Virus record (IMG/VR): IMGVR_UViG_3300022868_000009
Location: 248,001 to 312,000 of that record
DNA: 64,000 nucleotides
Direction: 5' to 3' (one strand)
Below the pieces are notes generated by a model. That model was given only the letters and a program-made list of their open reading frames with translations, was not told where the DNA came from and did no database searches. Shown here in pieces: positions 1-12,200 of this stretch. Position 1 is the first letter of the stretch; every line of letters begins with the position of its first letter. The position numbers were made by a program, and so were the translations under genes.

Positions 1-868
1 CATCATATTCTAATCTTATAATTTTTCCTTTAGCTCTTAAATCAGCAACAAAATCATCCATATTTTCATTTGAACCATTATAAGTTCCCTGAATTATGAA
101 AAAATCTCCAACATCAGACTCTGCAATCTCACAACCCAATGTTTCATATTCTGGTGATTGAGACAATGAAGCGGTATACCAATTATCAGTATAATAATAC
201 TTAGTTCCAAATGTTGTTTCAGTATCAGTTATATATGTAAATTGAATAAATATAGGAGCAGTCTCACTTAAACCAACACCATTAGTTAAATTGTAATTAA
301 TAGTATCTGGTAACGCAGCGTTATTTTGATTTAAAAATGTTGTTCTTTGTGGTGATAAAACTCTCACTGAAGGTACATCTAACTCAATATATTTAATCCA
401 AACTTGTTCGTCATAGTATTGAGGCACTCCAAATTGTACTTCATTTTGTCTATTAGGATCTTCATTATCAAAGAAATAATTAGATAATTCATATACATTA
501 TTATTATTATAATCATAAGTATAAACCTTAATTAAAAAACCTTTATAAGTTCCATCATCTATTGTGTTATTTTGAGATAATTTAATTTTTATTTTATCAT
601 ATAAAACTGGACTAGAATTATATGTTTGTGATTTTATAAAATTGTATGTTGTACTTAATTGAGCATATTTTCTAGATATAGGATCAATATTAATTAATTG
701 GTTATTTGGAATATTAATAGCAGTTGCTCTATTAGATGTGAACAACCTTTTACTATTATCATTTAGATTAGTGTATACTTGATATTGCTCAGATATATTG
801 TTATCATTATCATAAGTCCATTCAAGTAGAATATTAGTATCTAATTTTAAATATTTGTTCAACGACAT
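1..868 (-). CDS. Partial ORF running off the window edge; probable virion structural protein
   Basis: ATG at 868-866 gives MSLNKYLKLDTNILLEWTYD..., apparently open to the window edge; TAATATATA motif upstream at 892-900. Confidence 0.6.
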   Translation of the reverse strand, partial: MSLNKYLKLDTNILLEWTYDNDNNISEQYQVYTNLNDNSKRLFTSNRATAINIPNNQLINIDPISRKYAQLSTTYNFIKSQTYNSSPVLYDKIKIKLSQNNTIDDGTYKGFLIKVYTYDYNNNNVYELSNYFFDNEDPNRQNEVQFGVPQYYDEQVWIKYIELDVPSVRVLSPQRTTFLNQNNAALPDTINYNLTNGVGLSETAPIFIQFTYITDTETTFGTKYYYTDNWYTASLSQSPEYETLGCEIAESDVGDFFIIQGTYNGSNENMDDFVADLRAKGKIIRLEYD

Positions 869-941
869 AAATTTTTACTATAATTTTAAACTATATATTA
901 AAATGACAAATATGAAACTAGAAAATTTATAGATTATTAAA

Positions 942-2498
942 TTAAATTGTAATAGTTAATTCATCATATGGATATTCCTGTTTTTTATAAATATTATCCC
1001 TTCTCGATAAATAGTGATTATATAATGTATTAGTATATTGCTTTGAAAATCTATCAACTATATCAAATACAATTAATTTACTTTTTTCAGAATGTAATCT
1101 TAATCCACGTCCAATAGACTGACGTATAATTTGATCAGATTTAAAAGAATCAGCAAATACAATATTAACAATTGATTTTATATTAACACCTGTACTTAAT
1201 GTACCATAACTCGCTACAAGTATTTTTGGATTACCACTTGTAATCTCCATATATTTTTTAATTTGTATTCTAACATCCGATTTAACAGAACCATCTATAT
1301 AATAAAAATCTTTTCCCTGTATATTATTTCTAAAAAAATCATATAATTGTGTACCATAGTCAATACTATGAAACAAAACTAACGAATTTTGTTTAAATTT
1401 AGTAACCAATTTAGTTAAAAATAATTTTCTTTTTTCTGAATTATGAATATATTGTTTCTCTAATTCAAAAGCTTTCTTACCACCGCCCCTCTTCTTAATC
1501 ATAAAAACATTTTCTGCAAATTCATGATCATCATAATTTAATTGTAAAGACTTTATTTTTAAATTACTTATAACACCAATCTCCTGTAGTTTTTTAGCTC
1601 TCACAGTTAAAAGTTTAGGACCCATTAATGATTCAATAGTCATTAATTCTGAAGTTCCATTTAATGGATATGTACCAGACATACCAAATCTATATCTAGC
1701 ATAACCAAATGTTCTTTCTAGAATAGTATTAATAGTTTTAGCTTTAGCTTTATGTGCTTCATCAGTACCTATTAAATAAAATTGTTTGAAAAATTCTTTT
1801 GGATATTTCTCTAAAGATTGATATGTGCCAATATAAATATTCGGTTCAACATTATCTCTATTTTTTCTTGGTTTATCAGACATAATCTCTTGTATCTTAA
1901 TATCTAAAGGTTCTTTTTGTTCTTTATTATAACCCTCATTATAATCTAAAATATCATCATAAAATTGTGTCACCAAAGATATATTAGGAACAATTAACAA
2001 AAATTTAGCTTCAGGGTCAATATATTTTAATATGAAAAATACAACAGTCGCAAACACTAATGACTTACCACCCGCTGTAGCAATTTCTACTAAACCATAC
2101 CTGTGTTTTAACAACTTAAACATCGCATCTATCTGATGTTCATACGGGAAAAATATTTCTCCTTTATCAGTTTTATATCCTGTATAAAACTCATTACAAA
2201 AATTTTCAATTTCAATTTTTTTAATATCATTGTTCCTAGGAAAGTTTTCTTTATTTTCTATCTCAAACGGATACCCATATTCTTTACAAATTTCATATAC
2301 ATAGTTCCATAAACCAAAATTTATAAAACCATTTTTGAAAAAATCAATTTTACCATCCCAAACACCTAATTTATATCTTTTCATAAATCGATAATTATTA
2401 ACGAATGGATTTAATAAATGTTTTAATTGATTGTATTCTTCTCGGGTAGATTCTTGTAATATTATCTTAGTGTTGTGTTCATTCAACTTAAATTTCAT
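942..2498 (-). CDS. uvsW: UvsW-like superfamily 2 DNA helicase
   Basis: T4 UvsW-like N-terminus (WDGKI), motif I ATAGGKS, DEAH, SGT, STGVNI, QSIGRGLR; adjacent to a UvsY-like gene. Confidence 0.9.
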   Translation of the reverse strand: MKFKLNEHNTKIILQESTREEYNQLKHLLNPFVNNYRFMKRYKLGVWDGKIDFFKNGFINFGLWNYVYEICKEYGYPFEIENKENFPRNNDIKKIEIENFCNEFYTGYKTDKGEIFFPYEHQIDAMFKLLKHRYGLVEIATAGGKSLVFATVVFFILKYIDPEAKFLLIVPNISLVTQFYDDILDYNEGYNKEQKEPLDIKIQEIMSDKPRKNRDNVEPNIYIGTYQSLEKYPKEFFKQFYLIGTDEAHKAKAKTINTILERTFGYARYRFGMSGTYPLNGTSELMTIESLMGPKLLTVRAKKLQEIGVISNLKIKSLQLNYDDHEFAENVFMIKKRGGGKKAFELEKQYIHNSEKRKLFLTKLVTKFKQNSLVLFHSIDYGTQLYDFFRNNIQGKDFYYIDGSVKSDVRIQIKKYMEITSGNPKILVASYGTLSTGVNIKSIVNIVFADSFKSDQIIRQSIGRGLRLHSEKSKLIVFDIVDRFSKQYTNTLYNHYLSRRDNIYKKQEYPYDELTITI

Positions 2499-2561
2499 AA
2501 TGCCTAAAAATTTTTATCACCGTGCCATAAATGATTATTATATTTTAAAGTGATTGTTTCA

Positions 2562-3023
2562 CTACATATCTAATCCAGTAATATTATGGATTTCTATCTT
2601 ATTCTTAATAGACCATATAACATGATCTACACTTTTTCTAGATTCTCCTAAAAATTGTATATGATTTTCATACAATTCTAACTTAGCCTTTTGCCAAGCT
2701 AAATCAGATTCTATTAACTTACCTTTTTCACTACCATTAGTCTTAATTTGATATTTAGTAGCATAATATTCAAATCTAGCCTTAGTCATTTGTTTCAATT
2801 TAGGAACATCTTTATATATTCTATAAGTATATATTGCAATTTCATCATTTAATATTTGTCTATAAGATATAGCTTCAGATTCTAATTGCATTGCATCTTT
2901 CAAATCACTGGTGATTCTGTTAGTTAAATTTTGAATAATTCTATTACATTTATTTCTTTGTTCCTCTAACTTATCAGCCAATTGTTCAATTATTTCTTCA
3001 AAATTAACTTCATTTTCTTTCAT
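2562..3023 (-). CDS. uvsY: UvsY-like recombination mediator
   Basis: 153 aa helical protein with FEYY...IESD...SIKNKIE pattern; next to uvsW as in T4-like phages. Confidence 0.65.
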   Translation of the reverse strand: MKENEVNFEEIIEQLADKLEEQRNKCNRIIQNLTNRITSDLKDAMQLESEAISYRQILNDEIAIYTYRIYKDVPKLKQMTKARFEYYATKYQIKTNGSEKGKLIESDLAWQKAKLELYENHIQFLGESRKSVDHVIWSIKNKIEIHNITGLDM

Positions 3024-3053
3024 GACAATTATAATATAAATTCAATTTTGGGT

Positions 3054-3803
3054 TTAAATTTTTTGATAATTGATATCAAAATAATAATTAAACTTATAAT
3101 TCTTAGAAGATTCAGTTTGATTATATGTCATAAACAATTCACCTAAACCATTACTAGGAAACTTCTTAACAACATTTAAATTACTTTCCAAATCACCTTT
3201 TTGCTTCGCTTCAAATGTGTATTCTGGGTTATATTTCAAAACTGAACTTGTACCTATTTTTTGATCATTTTCAATAGAAATATATTCAATATACATATCA
3301 ATATTTAAAAATTTATATCTATCTAAAACATTCTTTTCTATATAATAATAAATAGATTGATTAATATCTTTATTTAACAAATCATCATAATAGACAGATT
3401 TAAATGCTCTATTCTCTTTAATTTTAACAAATAAATATTCCTTTAAAATTGTCTTAACATCAATGGTATATTCCCATATAGTACTAATTTCTCTAATTTT
3501 GACGTTTTGTTGGGATTCTTTTATAGTATGATTATCATTTTTTAAAGACGTTAAATTCAATGTAAATACAGTTTCATCTCCTACATGTGTTTCACAATCA
3601 TAATATTGAAATCCATTATTTTTTACTAGATCTCTATCACCAGAAGTGAAAAATTGAGAATATTGTATTGTCTCATTATCAATAATAACATCATCTTCGA
3701 TTTCTAACATTTTAGAACCAAAAAAAGATTTCTCCTCTATCATATTAAGAGTACCAGGTACTCTAGAAGTTTTAAATTTTCTTAGTATAAGATTATTTTT
3801 CAC
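3054..3803 (-). CDS. Hypothetical protein, probably virion-associated
   Basis: Last gene of a structural-looking operon (1116 aa, 1825 aa, 249 aa). Confidence 0.45.
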   Translation of the reverse strand: MKNNLILRKFKTSRVPGTLNMIEEKSFFGSKMLEIEDDVIIDNETIQYSQFFTSGDRDLVKNNGFQYYDCETHVGDETVFTLNLTSLKNDNHTIKESQQNVKIREISTIWEYTIDVKTILKEYLFVKIKENRAFKSVYYDDLLNKDINQSIYYYIEKNVLDRYKFLNIDMYIEYISIENDQKIGTSSVLKYNPEYTFEAKQKGDLESNLNVVKKFPSNGLGELFMTYNQTESSKNYKFNYYFDINYQKI

Positions 3804-6800
3804 TATGTTAAATTCTTTTTTGTATCATCTTTAGATGTATCTAAAACTTCTTTATCTGTAAATATGTAATATTCTTTATCCCAAGTTGATTTAAATATAA
3901 ATCTTTCTACATAACTATAACCAAACTCATCAACCATAGGGTAAATTGATCTATCTTCTTCTGTATTTCTTATCTTTAATACATTTTCCACTGGGTTTAT
4001 TTTAGAATAAATAATCTCAGAAACCTTACCAAAATCTTCCAGATTTTCATTAAACTTATAATTTCTTTCTAATGCATTAAAATAATATTCACCTTCTGTT
4101 ACTCTTGGCATAGTATAACATACTTGAACTTCAACATTATCAAAATATGCATTATAAGTTGGACTTGATATTGGTGTAGCCAAAAATACAACATCAAAAT
4201 CACAATACACACTAAAATCTATATTTATTTCAATGTTACTAGAAGTAACTGCAGAACTTATATCTATACCAGAAATTGTATATTTATCTATAATCCAATA
4301 TGGATTATAAATTGTTGTTTTAGATAAATTATCAGAACTCGTATTATTTATCAAAATATCAACGAGATAGTCTTTAAAAAACAAATTCTTTTCAATGGAT
4401 ATTAACTTATAATATATAAAATCACCCTTTTTTTTAATAATAACATTAATTTCTGATATAATTGCCTCATTGGGAATGTCAAAATTAAAATTAGATAATC
4501 TTAATGTATCTGAATATCCTGTTAATGTTACAACAAGACCCGCTGAAATATCAGGTATTAAAAAATCAATTTTAGCAGAAATATTATCACTTTTATCTAA
4601 AATATTTTCTTCATCAACCCAATTTATAACAGTAGTATAACCTGATGTACCACCAGTTAATCCATTTGTAGTTATTTCAACATCACTAGCAAAAGATTTT
4701 TGACAAAATATTCCATTATGAGATGAATAATCTGTACCATCAAATAATTCAATATTTTTGAAAATAGGTTCATATGGCCCACTATATCTATATATTTCTT
4801 TATTATAAATTTGTGTTTCACCATGTTGTTGAACCTTTTTACTTATGTCTTTCTCATTTATAGTAATTTTTCTTGAAATAGGTTCATTAATGTCATAATT
4901 AACAGACGCACTAGCATCTACAGGTTTATATTTATCATAAATATTAGTTCTTGGACCTTTCAATGCACTATGATTAAATGATTGTTTCTTGATAGTTAAT
5001 AAATCTGGTCTACTAATAGAAACCATATATGGTGGGAAATCTTTGCCCCAAGACTCTAATTCTTCCATGGTACCATTTGTAGTGGCACTTGGAACCATAT
5101 TCATATAAGCATAATTACCATTTTCATCAATATAATGATAATATACATTTCTATCAAATCCATAAGTATTATTTAAATCATTTAAAGCAGATATTACATT
5201 TGAAGCAGTCAATGTAACAGTATTATAACTAATACCTGTATTATTATATGGTGTTCCATCTAATGCCTTAGCATAATAATATCCATAATTCTCACCAAAT
5301 ATTTTAATATTATTTAAATCATATAAATCCTTAAACATTGTTAATTTTGTATTAACAACAATTAATAAATTTTTATACTTATCATTTAAAAATATATCAA
5401 TACCAGTATCAGATGTATCAATATAATTTTCATTAATAATTGCAGAACTTTCAAAATCTAATTCATTTACAACTTCATATAACTCATATGTAGCACCACA
5501 AACAACAAAATCAGAAAAATTAGATGTCATATCATCTTCCTCCCAATTATCTAATGAAACATAAATAGTACAACCAGTATCACCACTAAATTGATATATT
5601 TGTGCAGTTAATCTAGTAGAATCAATATAATAAGAACTTCCAGTTGAATAAAAATGAGAATAATCTCCAGTTGTGTCTATATCATAAAAATCATATAAAG
5701 GTAGAGTTAAACCTGCAAATGTAAAACCTGTGGTTTTTATATAATAATCTTTATAATCTATAAAACTAGCATCATATGATCTTTTTAATTTTAAAGGGCC
5801 ATTGTTAACATAAGCTAAATCTGTAAAACTTGTTAAAGTCATAGTTTGTCCAGTAATAAAACCCCTAATACCTAAATTTTCATAATGCCAATTCACAGTA
5901 TCCATGTATCTTGTTTGATAAAAACTATATCCAGACACATCAACATAATCTGCAATAGTTCTTCCACTATCACCATCACTATTATAAACTGTTTCAATAT
6001 ACTGATAACAAGGATTAAATATAATACTACACTTATATTCATCATATTTCTTTTTACCGGAAATTATATTATAAATTTTATAATTAGAATCTCTAAATAA
6101 ATTTGCAACAGAATCTAAATCAATTCTCAAACCTTTAAAAAGAGTTGAAGCTGCATTATAATTATTTGTTGTTTTAAATATTGAATATTTAGTAGTAGAT
6201 TTAATATATAGTTGACTCTCATATTCATAATACATCTTATTCTTGAAAAAATAATCAAAATAATCAAAAGTAGAACCAACATATAAACTCAAATTAAATT
6301 TTTGACTATCATCATTCATTAAATTTGTTTCAATATTAGTACTTTGTTGAACATACTTTTCATTAGTACCATTATCATGCAAACCACCAACACGATACAT
6401 ATAATCCATATTTTTATCTGTTACACTTGGAGTATCTTTATAAATATTAGTTGTTTTATTGAATTGTGAGCCTACTTTATTATTATTATTTAATTTGTAT
6501 GAATAATCACTGTGACTTATACTATTCATAAAACCCCATTTACAAACTGTCTCATTTTTAATCCACATAGGATTAATATCTTTTGTTTCTGTTATTTGAT
6601 ATAATTCATCTGTAGAAATATACTCTGACGAAACATTCATTATCTTATTTTGACCAGGAACACCTTCTGGCATAACTTTAAATTGTTTAGGAGTTGAATT
6701 ATCTCTAAATTCAGTTGTATATAATTTATGTTCATCAGTATCAACATATTCTGTTTTCTCATAATCAAAATCAGCATAATGTGTATCAACTCTATCAAAA

Positions 6801-9280
6801 TCCCAATCTTTAATATCACTAAATTTAACTCTATAAACAGGATACATTAACGGTTTTCTTAATTTCTTATTTACTCTTATATCTTTAACTACAGAATATT
6901 CTGAATCATTTGATTTAATCCAATATTCTAATTTGGAACTATTAGATTTTATAGCATAATCAGTATCTATATAATACTTTAACTCAATTTCATCATTTTG
7001 ATCTATCGGCAAATTATATATATTTACATATGTTAATGAAGTATTAGAATCAGTTAAAGCTACAATATTTTCATTATAAAACACACCACCAGAATATATA
7101 TTATCATAATCAATACTAGGACTTAATAAATAATCAGTTAAAGTATCAGTTAAAGTATCATATTTCATTAATCCAGTACTAGCACTATTTTCAAACCACT
7201 TAAAAATTACATTATTATTATTATCATAAAAAACATGAGATGTTGAACCAGTAATATCATAACTAGTTGTTTGTGTAATATTTTTTTCATAATATTCTTT
7301 TTTAATAAACAAACCTTCAGTAGTACCCAAAAAAATTGTTCCATCATCTTTTAAATCAAATGTTAAAGGAATACCTTCCATAGACGTATTTGCAGAATTA
7401 TATTCAACAGAAGCTATAGGTTCTAAATCATAATAAACTGTAAAAATACCTGCATCTAATCCATTACTAATAACACTATATAAATTATTATTTTGTACTT
7501 CAATTTTACAATTAAAAACATCTCCTGTTACATTTGTATTATAAAATGTAACATCATATTTATTAGAAAGTTTTACAGACCAAGATACAGTTAAAGTACC
7601 ACCAGATCGAGCACAGGCAAAAATTGTAGAACCTGTAACAAAAATACTTTTAATTTGTTCAGCATCTTCTATACCAGAATTTAAATTAGTAATTGTATCT
7701 TCTACACCACTATCAAAATCTTTAATCCACATTCCTTCATATGTACCAACATACAATACATTATTATCTAAAAATAATGATTGCACACCTGAATTTGGTA
7801 ATGAAGAATTTGAAGTAGTATATGAATTTAATAAAACTAAATCTATATCATATATGAATAAACCATCATCAGCACCAATGTAAATCTTATCATCATTAAA
7901 ATAAACTACATTAAATGGTGGAATTGATTCTGTGATTGATGTATAAGAATAAGCAATATCTGATTTCTCAATAATATTTTGTTCAACTTTTAAAACATGA
8001 AACTTGTTGTCAATATCAACTAAATACAAATCACCATATAATCCCTTGAAATATCCATCATCATCAATATACGTATCACAAGTAAATTCACCAGTTCTGC
8101 CATTTACAACATTTATATAAGATGTACCAGTATTTTGAAAAACAATATCAACAATATTATCACTATGAATATCTGTAATAGATAAATCATAATCACTTAT
8201 AATTTTATATGTATCAACATTATCATCACTCTTTTTAACTACTCTATATAAATCTTCTAAAGCATAAATATAATACTCATTATTATTATCCCAAGTATTA
8301 ATAAAAGGCATGGTTGAACCAGTTGTTCCACTAACAACAAATATATTATTTACAATATCTAAACCATCTATTAATGTAGGTGGTTGATATGAAGTTAAGT
8401 TACAAACCTCATCCATTTGTTCCACATAAAAACCATAATATCTATTAACAGAATATTTATTTAAACCGAAAGGTGATGCAGGTGTATCATCATATAAAAA
8501 TTTAAAGTTGACAATGCTTGGAAATATCAAATTATTTAATTGATACCCCTCCGTTATAAATTGTTCTAATTGAAAATGTGGTTGTTCATAATATAATTTA
8601 TCATCTAAAAAGAAATCCTTTTCAGTATAAGTACCATAATCATAATCAATACCATACCATCTACTAAAATTATATTTTTTAGCATCAAACTCAAATGGAG
8701 ATTCAGGAAATCTGTCATTTTCAGTAAAATTTCTATACATCCAATATCCTAAAGGTGATTGATAAGTTAAATCAAATGTTGTAACACATTTCCATTTATC
8801 CACAATCTCACTTCTAAAATTATTTTTAGTTAAATTTACTATTTCATATGAATTACTATCATAAACTGCAGAATCATCAACTCTTAATATAATAAAATTT
8901 GAAGGTAAATTGTTAGGTCTAATATATAGAGGAGCCAAATATTCAAATTCTTCTTCATACCACTGATCTTGAATATTTTTAGCACCAGCATAATAAATAT
9001 CATCAAATTGACAATCATATGTATTATACATTTTATCACTATCATCTTCATATTTAACTTTAAAAGCTAAATTAGAAGGCAAACCTTTATAAAATATAGG
9101 TAATTGATCCTCCAAATAAGTATTCTTATTCATAGAAAAATGTTTAAATCTTTCATCACTTAATTGTCTATTAACCTTGAAAGATTCTAAATATAAGTTA
9201 TAATCAGTATTAACCACTACACTTACATTTGTTGTAAGTGTAGGATTAGTTCTTATTATTTGAAAACTTTTATCTATCAT
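3803..9280 (-). CDS. Very large virion structural protein with an internal beta-propeller-like segment
   Basis: 1825 aa; repeats such as IYIGADDGLFIYD, LYVGTYEGMWI, IFLGTTEGLFI; many [ST]-G-x-[TS] motifs. Confidence 0.55.
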   Translation of the reverse strand: MIDKSFQIIRTNPTLTTNVSVVVNTDYNLYLESFKVNRQLSDERFKHFSMNKNTYLEDQLPIFYKGLPSNLAFKVKYEDDSDKMYNTYDCQFDDIYYAGAKNIQDQWYEEEFEYLAPLYIRPNNLPSNFIILRVDDSAVYDSNSYEIVNLTKNNFRSEIVDKWKCVTTFDLTYQSPLGYWMYRNFTENDRFPESPFEFDAKKYNFSRWYGIDYDYGTYTEKDFFLDDKLYYEQPHFQLEQFITEGYQLNNLIFPSIVNFKFLYDDTPASPFGLNKYSVNRYYGFYVEQMDEVCNLTSYQPPTLIDGLDIVNNIFVVSGTTGSTMPFINTWDNNNEYYIYALEDLYRVVKKSDDNVDTYKIISDYDLSITDIHSDNIVDIVFQNTGTSYINVVNGRTGEFTCDTYIDDDGYFKGLYGDLYLVDIDNKFHVLKVEQNIIEKSDIAYSYTSITESIPPFNVVYFNDDKIYIGADDGLFIYDIDLVLLNSYTTSNSSLPNSGVQSLFLDNNVLYVGTYEGMWIKDFDSGVEDTITNLNSGIEDAEQIKSIFVTGSTIFACARSGGTLTVSWSVKLSNKYDVTFYNTNVTGDVFNCKIEVQNNNLYSVISNGLDAGIFTVYYDLEPIASVEYNSANTSMEGIPLTFDLKDDGTIFLGTTEGLFIKKEYYEKNITQTTSYDITGSTSHVFYDNNNNVIFKWFENSASTGLMKYDTLTDTLTDYLLSPSIDYDNIYSGGVFYNENIVALTDSNTSLTYVNIYNLPIDQNDEIELKYYIDTDYAIKSNSSKLEYWIKSNDSEYSVVKDIRVNKKLRKPLMYPVYRVKFSDIKDWDFDRVDTHYADFDYEKTEYVDTDEHKLYTTEFRDNSTPKQFKVMPEGVPGQNKIMNVSSEYISTDELYQITETKDINPMWIKNETVCKWGFMNSISHSDYSYKLNNNNKVGSQFNKTTNIYKDTPSVTDKNMDYMYRVGGLHDNGTNEKYVQQSTNIETNLMNDDSQKFNLSLYVGSTFDYFDYFFKNKMYYEYESQLYIKSTTKYSIFKTTNNYNAASTLFKGLRIDLDSVANLFRDSNYKIYNIISGKKKYDEYKCSIIFNPCYQYIETVYNSDGDSGRTIADYVDVSGYSFYQTRYMDTVNWHYENLGIRGFITGQTMTLTSFTDLAYVNNGPLKLKRSYDASFIDYKDYYIKTTGFTFAGLTLPLYDFYDIDTTGDYSHFYSTGSSYYIDSTRLTAQIYQFSGDTGCTIYVSLDNWEEDDMTSNFSDFVVCGATYELYEVVNELDFESSAIINENYIDTSDTGIDIFLNDKYKNLLIVVNTKLTMFKDLYDLNNIKIFGENYGYYYAKALDGTPYNNTGISYNTVTLTASNVISALNDLNNTYGFDRNVYYHYIDENGNYAYMNMVPSATTNGTMEELESWGKDFPPYMVSISRPDLLTIKKQSFNHSALKGPRTNIYDKYKPVDASASVNYDINEPISRKITINEKDISKKVQQHGETQIYNKEIYRYSGPYEPIFKNIELFDGTDYSSHNGIFCQKSFASDVEITTNGLTGGTSGYTTVINWVDEENILDKSDNISAKIDFLIPDISAGLVVTLTGYSDTLRLSNFNFDIPNEAIISEINVIIKKKGDFIYYKLISIEKNLFFKDYLVDILINNTSSDNLSKTTIYNPYWIIDKYTISGIDISSAVTSSNIEINIDFSVYCDFDVVFLATPISSPTYNAYFDNVEVQVCYTMPRVTEGEYYFNALERNYKFNENLEDFGKVSEIIYSKINPVENVLKIRNTEEDRSIYPMVDEFGYSYVERFIFKSTWDKEYYIFTDKEVLDTSKDDTKKNLT

Positions 9281-9294
9281 AATTTATAATAATT

Positions 9295-12200
9295 TTATTG
9301 AAAACCTACTGATACTTGTGATTGTGTTGATATATAATTAGCCGTTCTGTGTTGTTTCATATTAAATATCAAAGTAAATTGGAACGGTCTAATACTGTTC
9401 TCAGTTTCTACAAATATTTTCAACGGTCTCTTTAATATACGTGAAACAGGTTTTTCAGTTGGATTTATAGTAAATGAACTTCCACTTACAGCATCAAACT
9501 TAAAATATAAATTTATTGGTATAATCATCTCTTCTTGACCATTTATTAATTTCAACTTTTCCTGTCCTGTGTCAATTAAATCTGATATATCTATAACTAA
9601 TGGATATATACTAGATAAAAATGCATTTTGGTTTGTTAATGTCCCATCAGTCCAACTAATACCAGTTAACAAATTGAACGTATAATCATCTCTAGTAAAA
9701 GTTGTCCCTGTTAATCCAAGATTTGAACCATATGTTCCACCATCAGCATTTAACCAATTATAAGCAGTTGCTTTATCAGACTCTGTTATACCTGAATATA
9801 AATTCTGTCCGTTGTGATTATCAGAAAACCAAAGAAATTGATTGTCTTCTTGATTATGTAGATAACCATCAGCATCAATATAACAGGATGAATCATCTGT
9901 AAATTGAAAGAAACTATTTGTTCCACCAACTGTATAATTTCTATCAGAAAATAAACCTAATGGGTTATTTTGTGCAATATTCTTCAAACTAATATAATAA
10001 TCTTTTATAACATAAATATTATTATAATAAATTCTATCTGCAGTAGCACCACTTATTTCTCCATAATCTTCACATTCAACTATAATATTAGTTTCCGAAT
10101 TATTACCAATTTCAGTTTCTGTTGTACCTTTAAATAATGTAACAAGAAGTTCACCTTTAGCTCTACTAACTTGTTCTTCTAAAGAAGATATCTTATTTGT
10201 TAATGTTTCTAAATAATCAAATAAATTAATTAAATTACCTTGAGCATCTCTAAATGACGTTGCCAAAGTTTTATCATTATGTGCATAATAACTATCATTT
10301 TGAGTAAAACTATCTCTAACGTGTCTATAAACACCTTTAGCATCCATTTCATTATCAAATTCAACTCTTACTGATTCTTGACTATTTTGTAATGTTATTA
10401 ATTGAGAATCATCATTAGTGTTTTCATATTCATCAGGAAAATCAATCTTAACAATATCCGACCATTCTGATTCAATCAAAGCATCGGGCCAACCAACCTC
10501 AGAAATAGATTTAACTTTTATTTCAATAGATTCATTTTCCTTAATGGGAATATCTACTTGATTTATATTTGGTTTTTCTGCATTTGCAACATCTTCAACA
10601 ACCCAATACCACACATTTTTGGTACTATCAAAACTTCTCTCTCTAGGTTTTGTTACATATTCTTTCCAATTAGAAAAGAAACCATTAGTATTTTGTGTTT
10701 GTAATATAGTTTGATTACTTAAAGGTATTTTTTGACCAGATGCAGTTGTTATAACTGTATTAGTTGGTGATGGTGTCATACCAATAGAAGGTGCATTAAT
10801 TTGTGAACTTCTAGGAGTAAATTCAGCACTACTACTTTCAGGATTATTTATAACCGATCCACTTGTTGTTGGATCTGGTTTTAAGTTTGGTTGCGTTAAT
10901 AAACTTGTATCAATAGTTAAACCTTGTTGACCAGATAAATCTTCTAAATTCACAGTAGGTTTAATATCAAAACTCTCTATTGGATTAGTTTGACCATCTT
11001 TAGCACTATATCTATACTGAATTTTAAATGCAACCACATCTTGTATTTTATCTTCAAGACTTCTAGCCATTGGAATATCAAAGAAACCTCTTAATCTATA
11101 TTTAGGGCTTGCAGATAAAGTTGTAACAACATTAGAAATTTGATTAACAATTGAGCCATATTGTTTAGATTCACTCTCTTGTTGTGTTATAAGTCTATTT
11201 AACTCATTTTGAGATTTATTTTTTTCACCAATACTTTTATATTGTTTTGTGTTTAATTCTTTATTTTTTTCAATAATAGAATCATTTAATTGGTTTAATC
11301 TAGACTTAATAGATTCTTTTCTTGTATGTAAATCTTTCTTTTCTTTTGAATTTCCATTATCTGTAAGATGTTTATTAATTTGTACAACTTTAAAATTATC
11401 TATTTCCAATACTGGTTTATTTGGAATTAATGCCTCATCAGTTGGTGTTTGTCTTCTTATTAAATCTTTTAATAATTTACCATAATCATATATATTATCT
11501 AAATAATAACTTGTCAAATCTATCGTATTATCCGTATTTAATACTAAATCATTTGTATAAAATGCACTACCTTGAGACCAAACACTACCAATTATATTAT
11601 TATCAGTATTTACAGGTTTCATAAATACAAGATTATATTCATTATAACCCACACCAATATTAACAGATTTATCTAACTCACCAGCTGAGTATATCTTTAA
11701 AACATCTGTTCCAACAGGAATAGGATCATAACCTTCAACTCTTTCAACTATTATCTTAGGCGTAGATGAAGCTTTACTAATTTCAATTATTTTATATCTA
11801 GTATTACTTTCTTTTTTATTTATTATTATTTCATCATTAATAGATAATTCTTTATTAACACCATCTTTAGTTCTATAAGTTAGAGTATTTAAGTGATACC
11901 AAAATTTCTTTCTTATTGTATCATCCTCTGTATTTAAAACACTAAAAAAACCAACATTATTTAATGTTTGTAAATTAATATCATAAATATCTTCATCCAA
12001 ATATTTATAAGGGTCCAAATTATCAACAACACCTGGTTGAGCCAAGTACCAATTAATAAAAGTGTCATAATTAATATCTGATTTATTCAAAAATGTGTCT
12101 ATAAAACTATTTAAAGAATTTCTTCCTGTCTCTGTTAATTGTCCATAACTACCAACTTGAAATTTTACAATATGTCTCCTTACCAAAACTTTCTTATTCC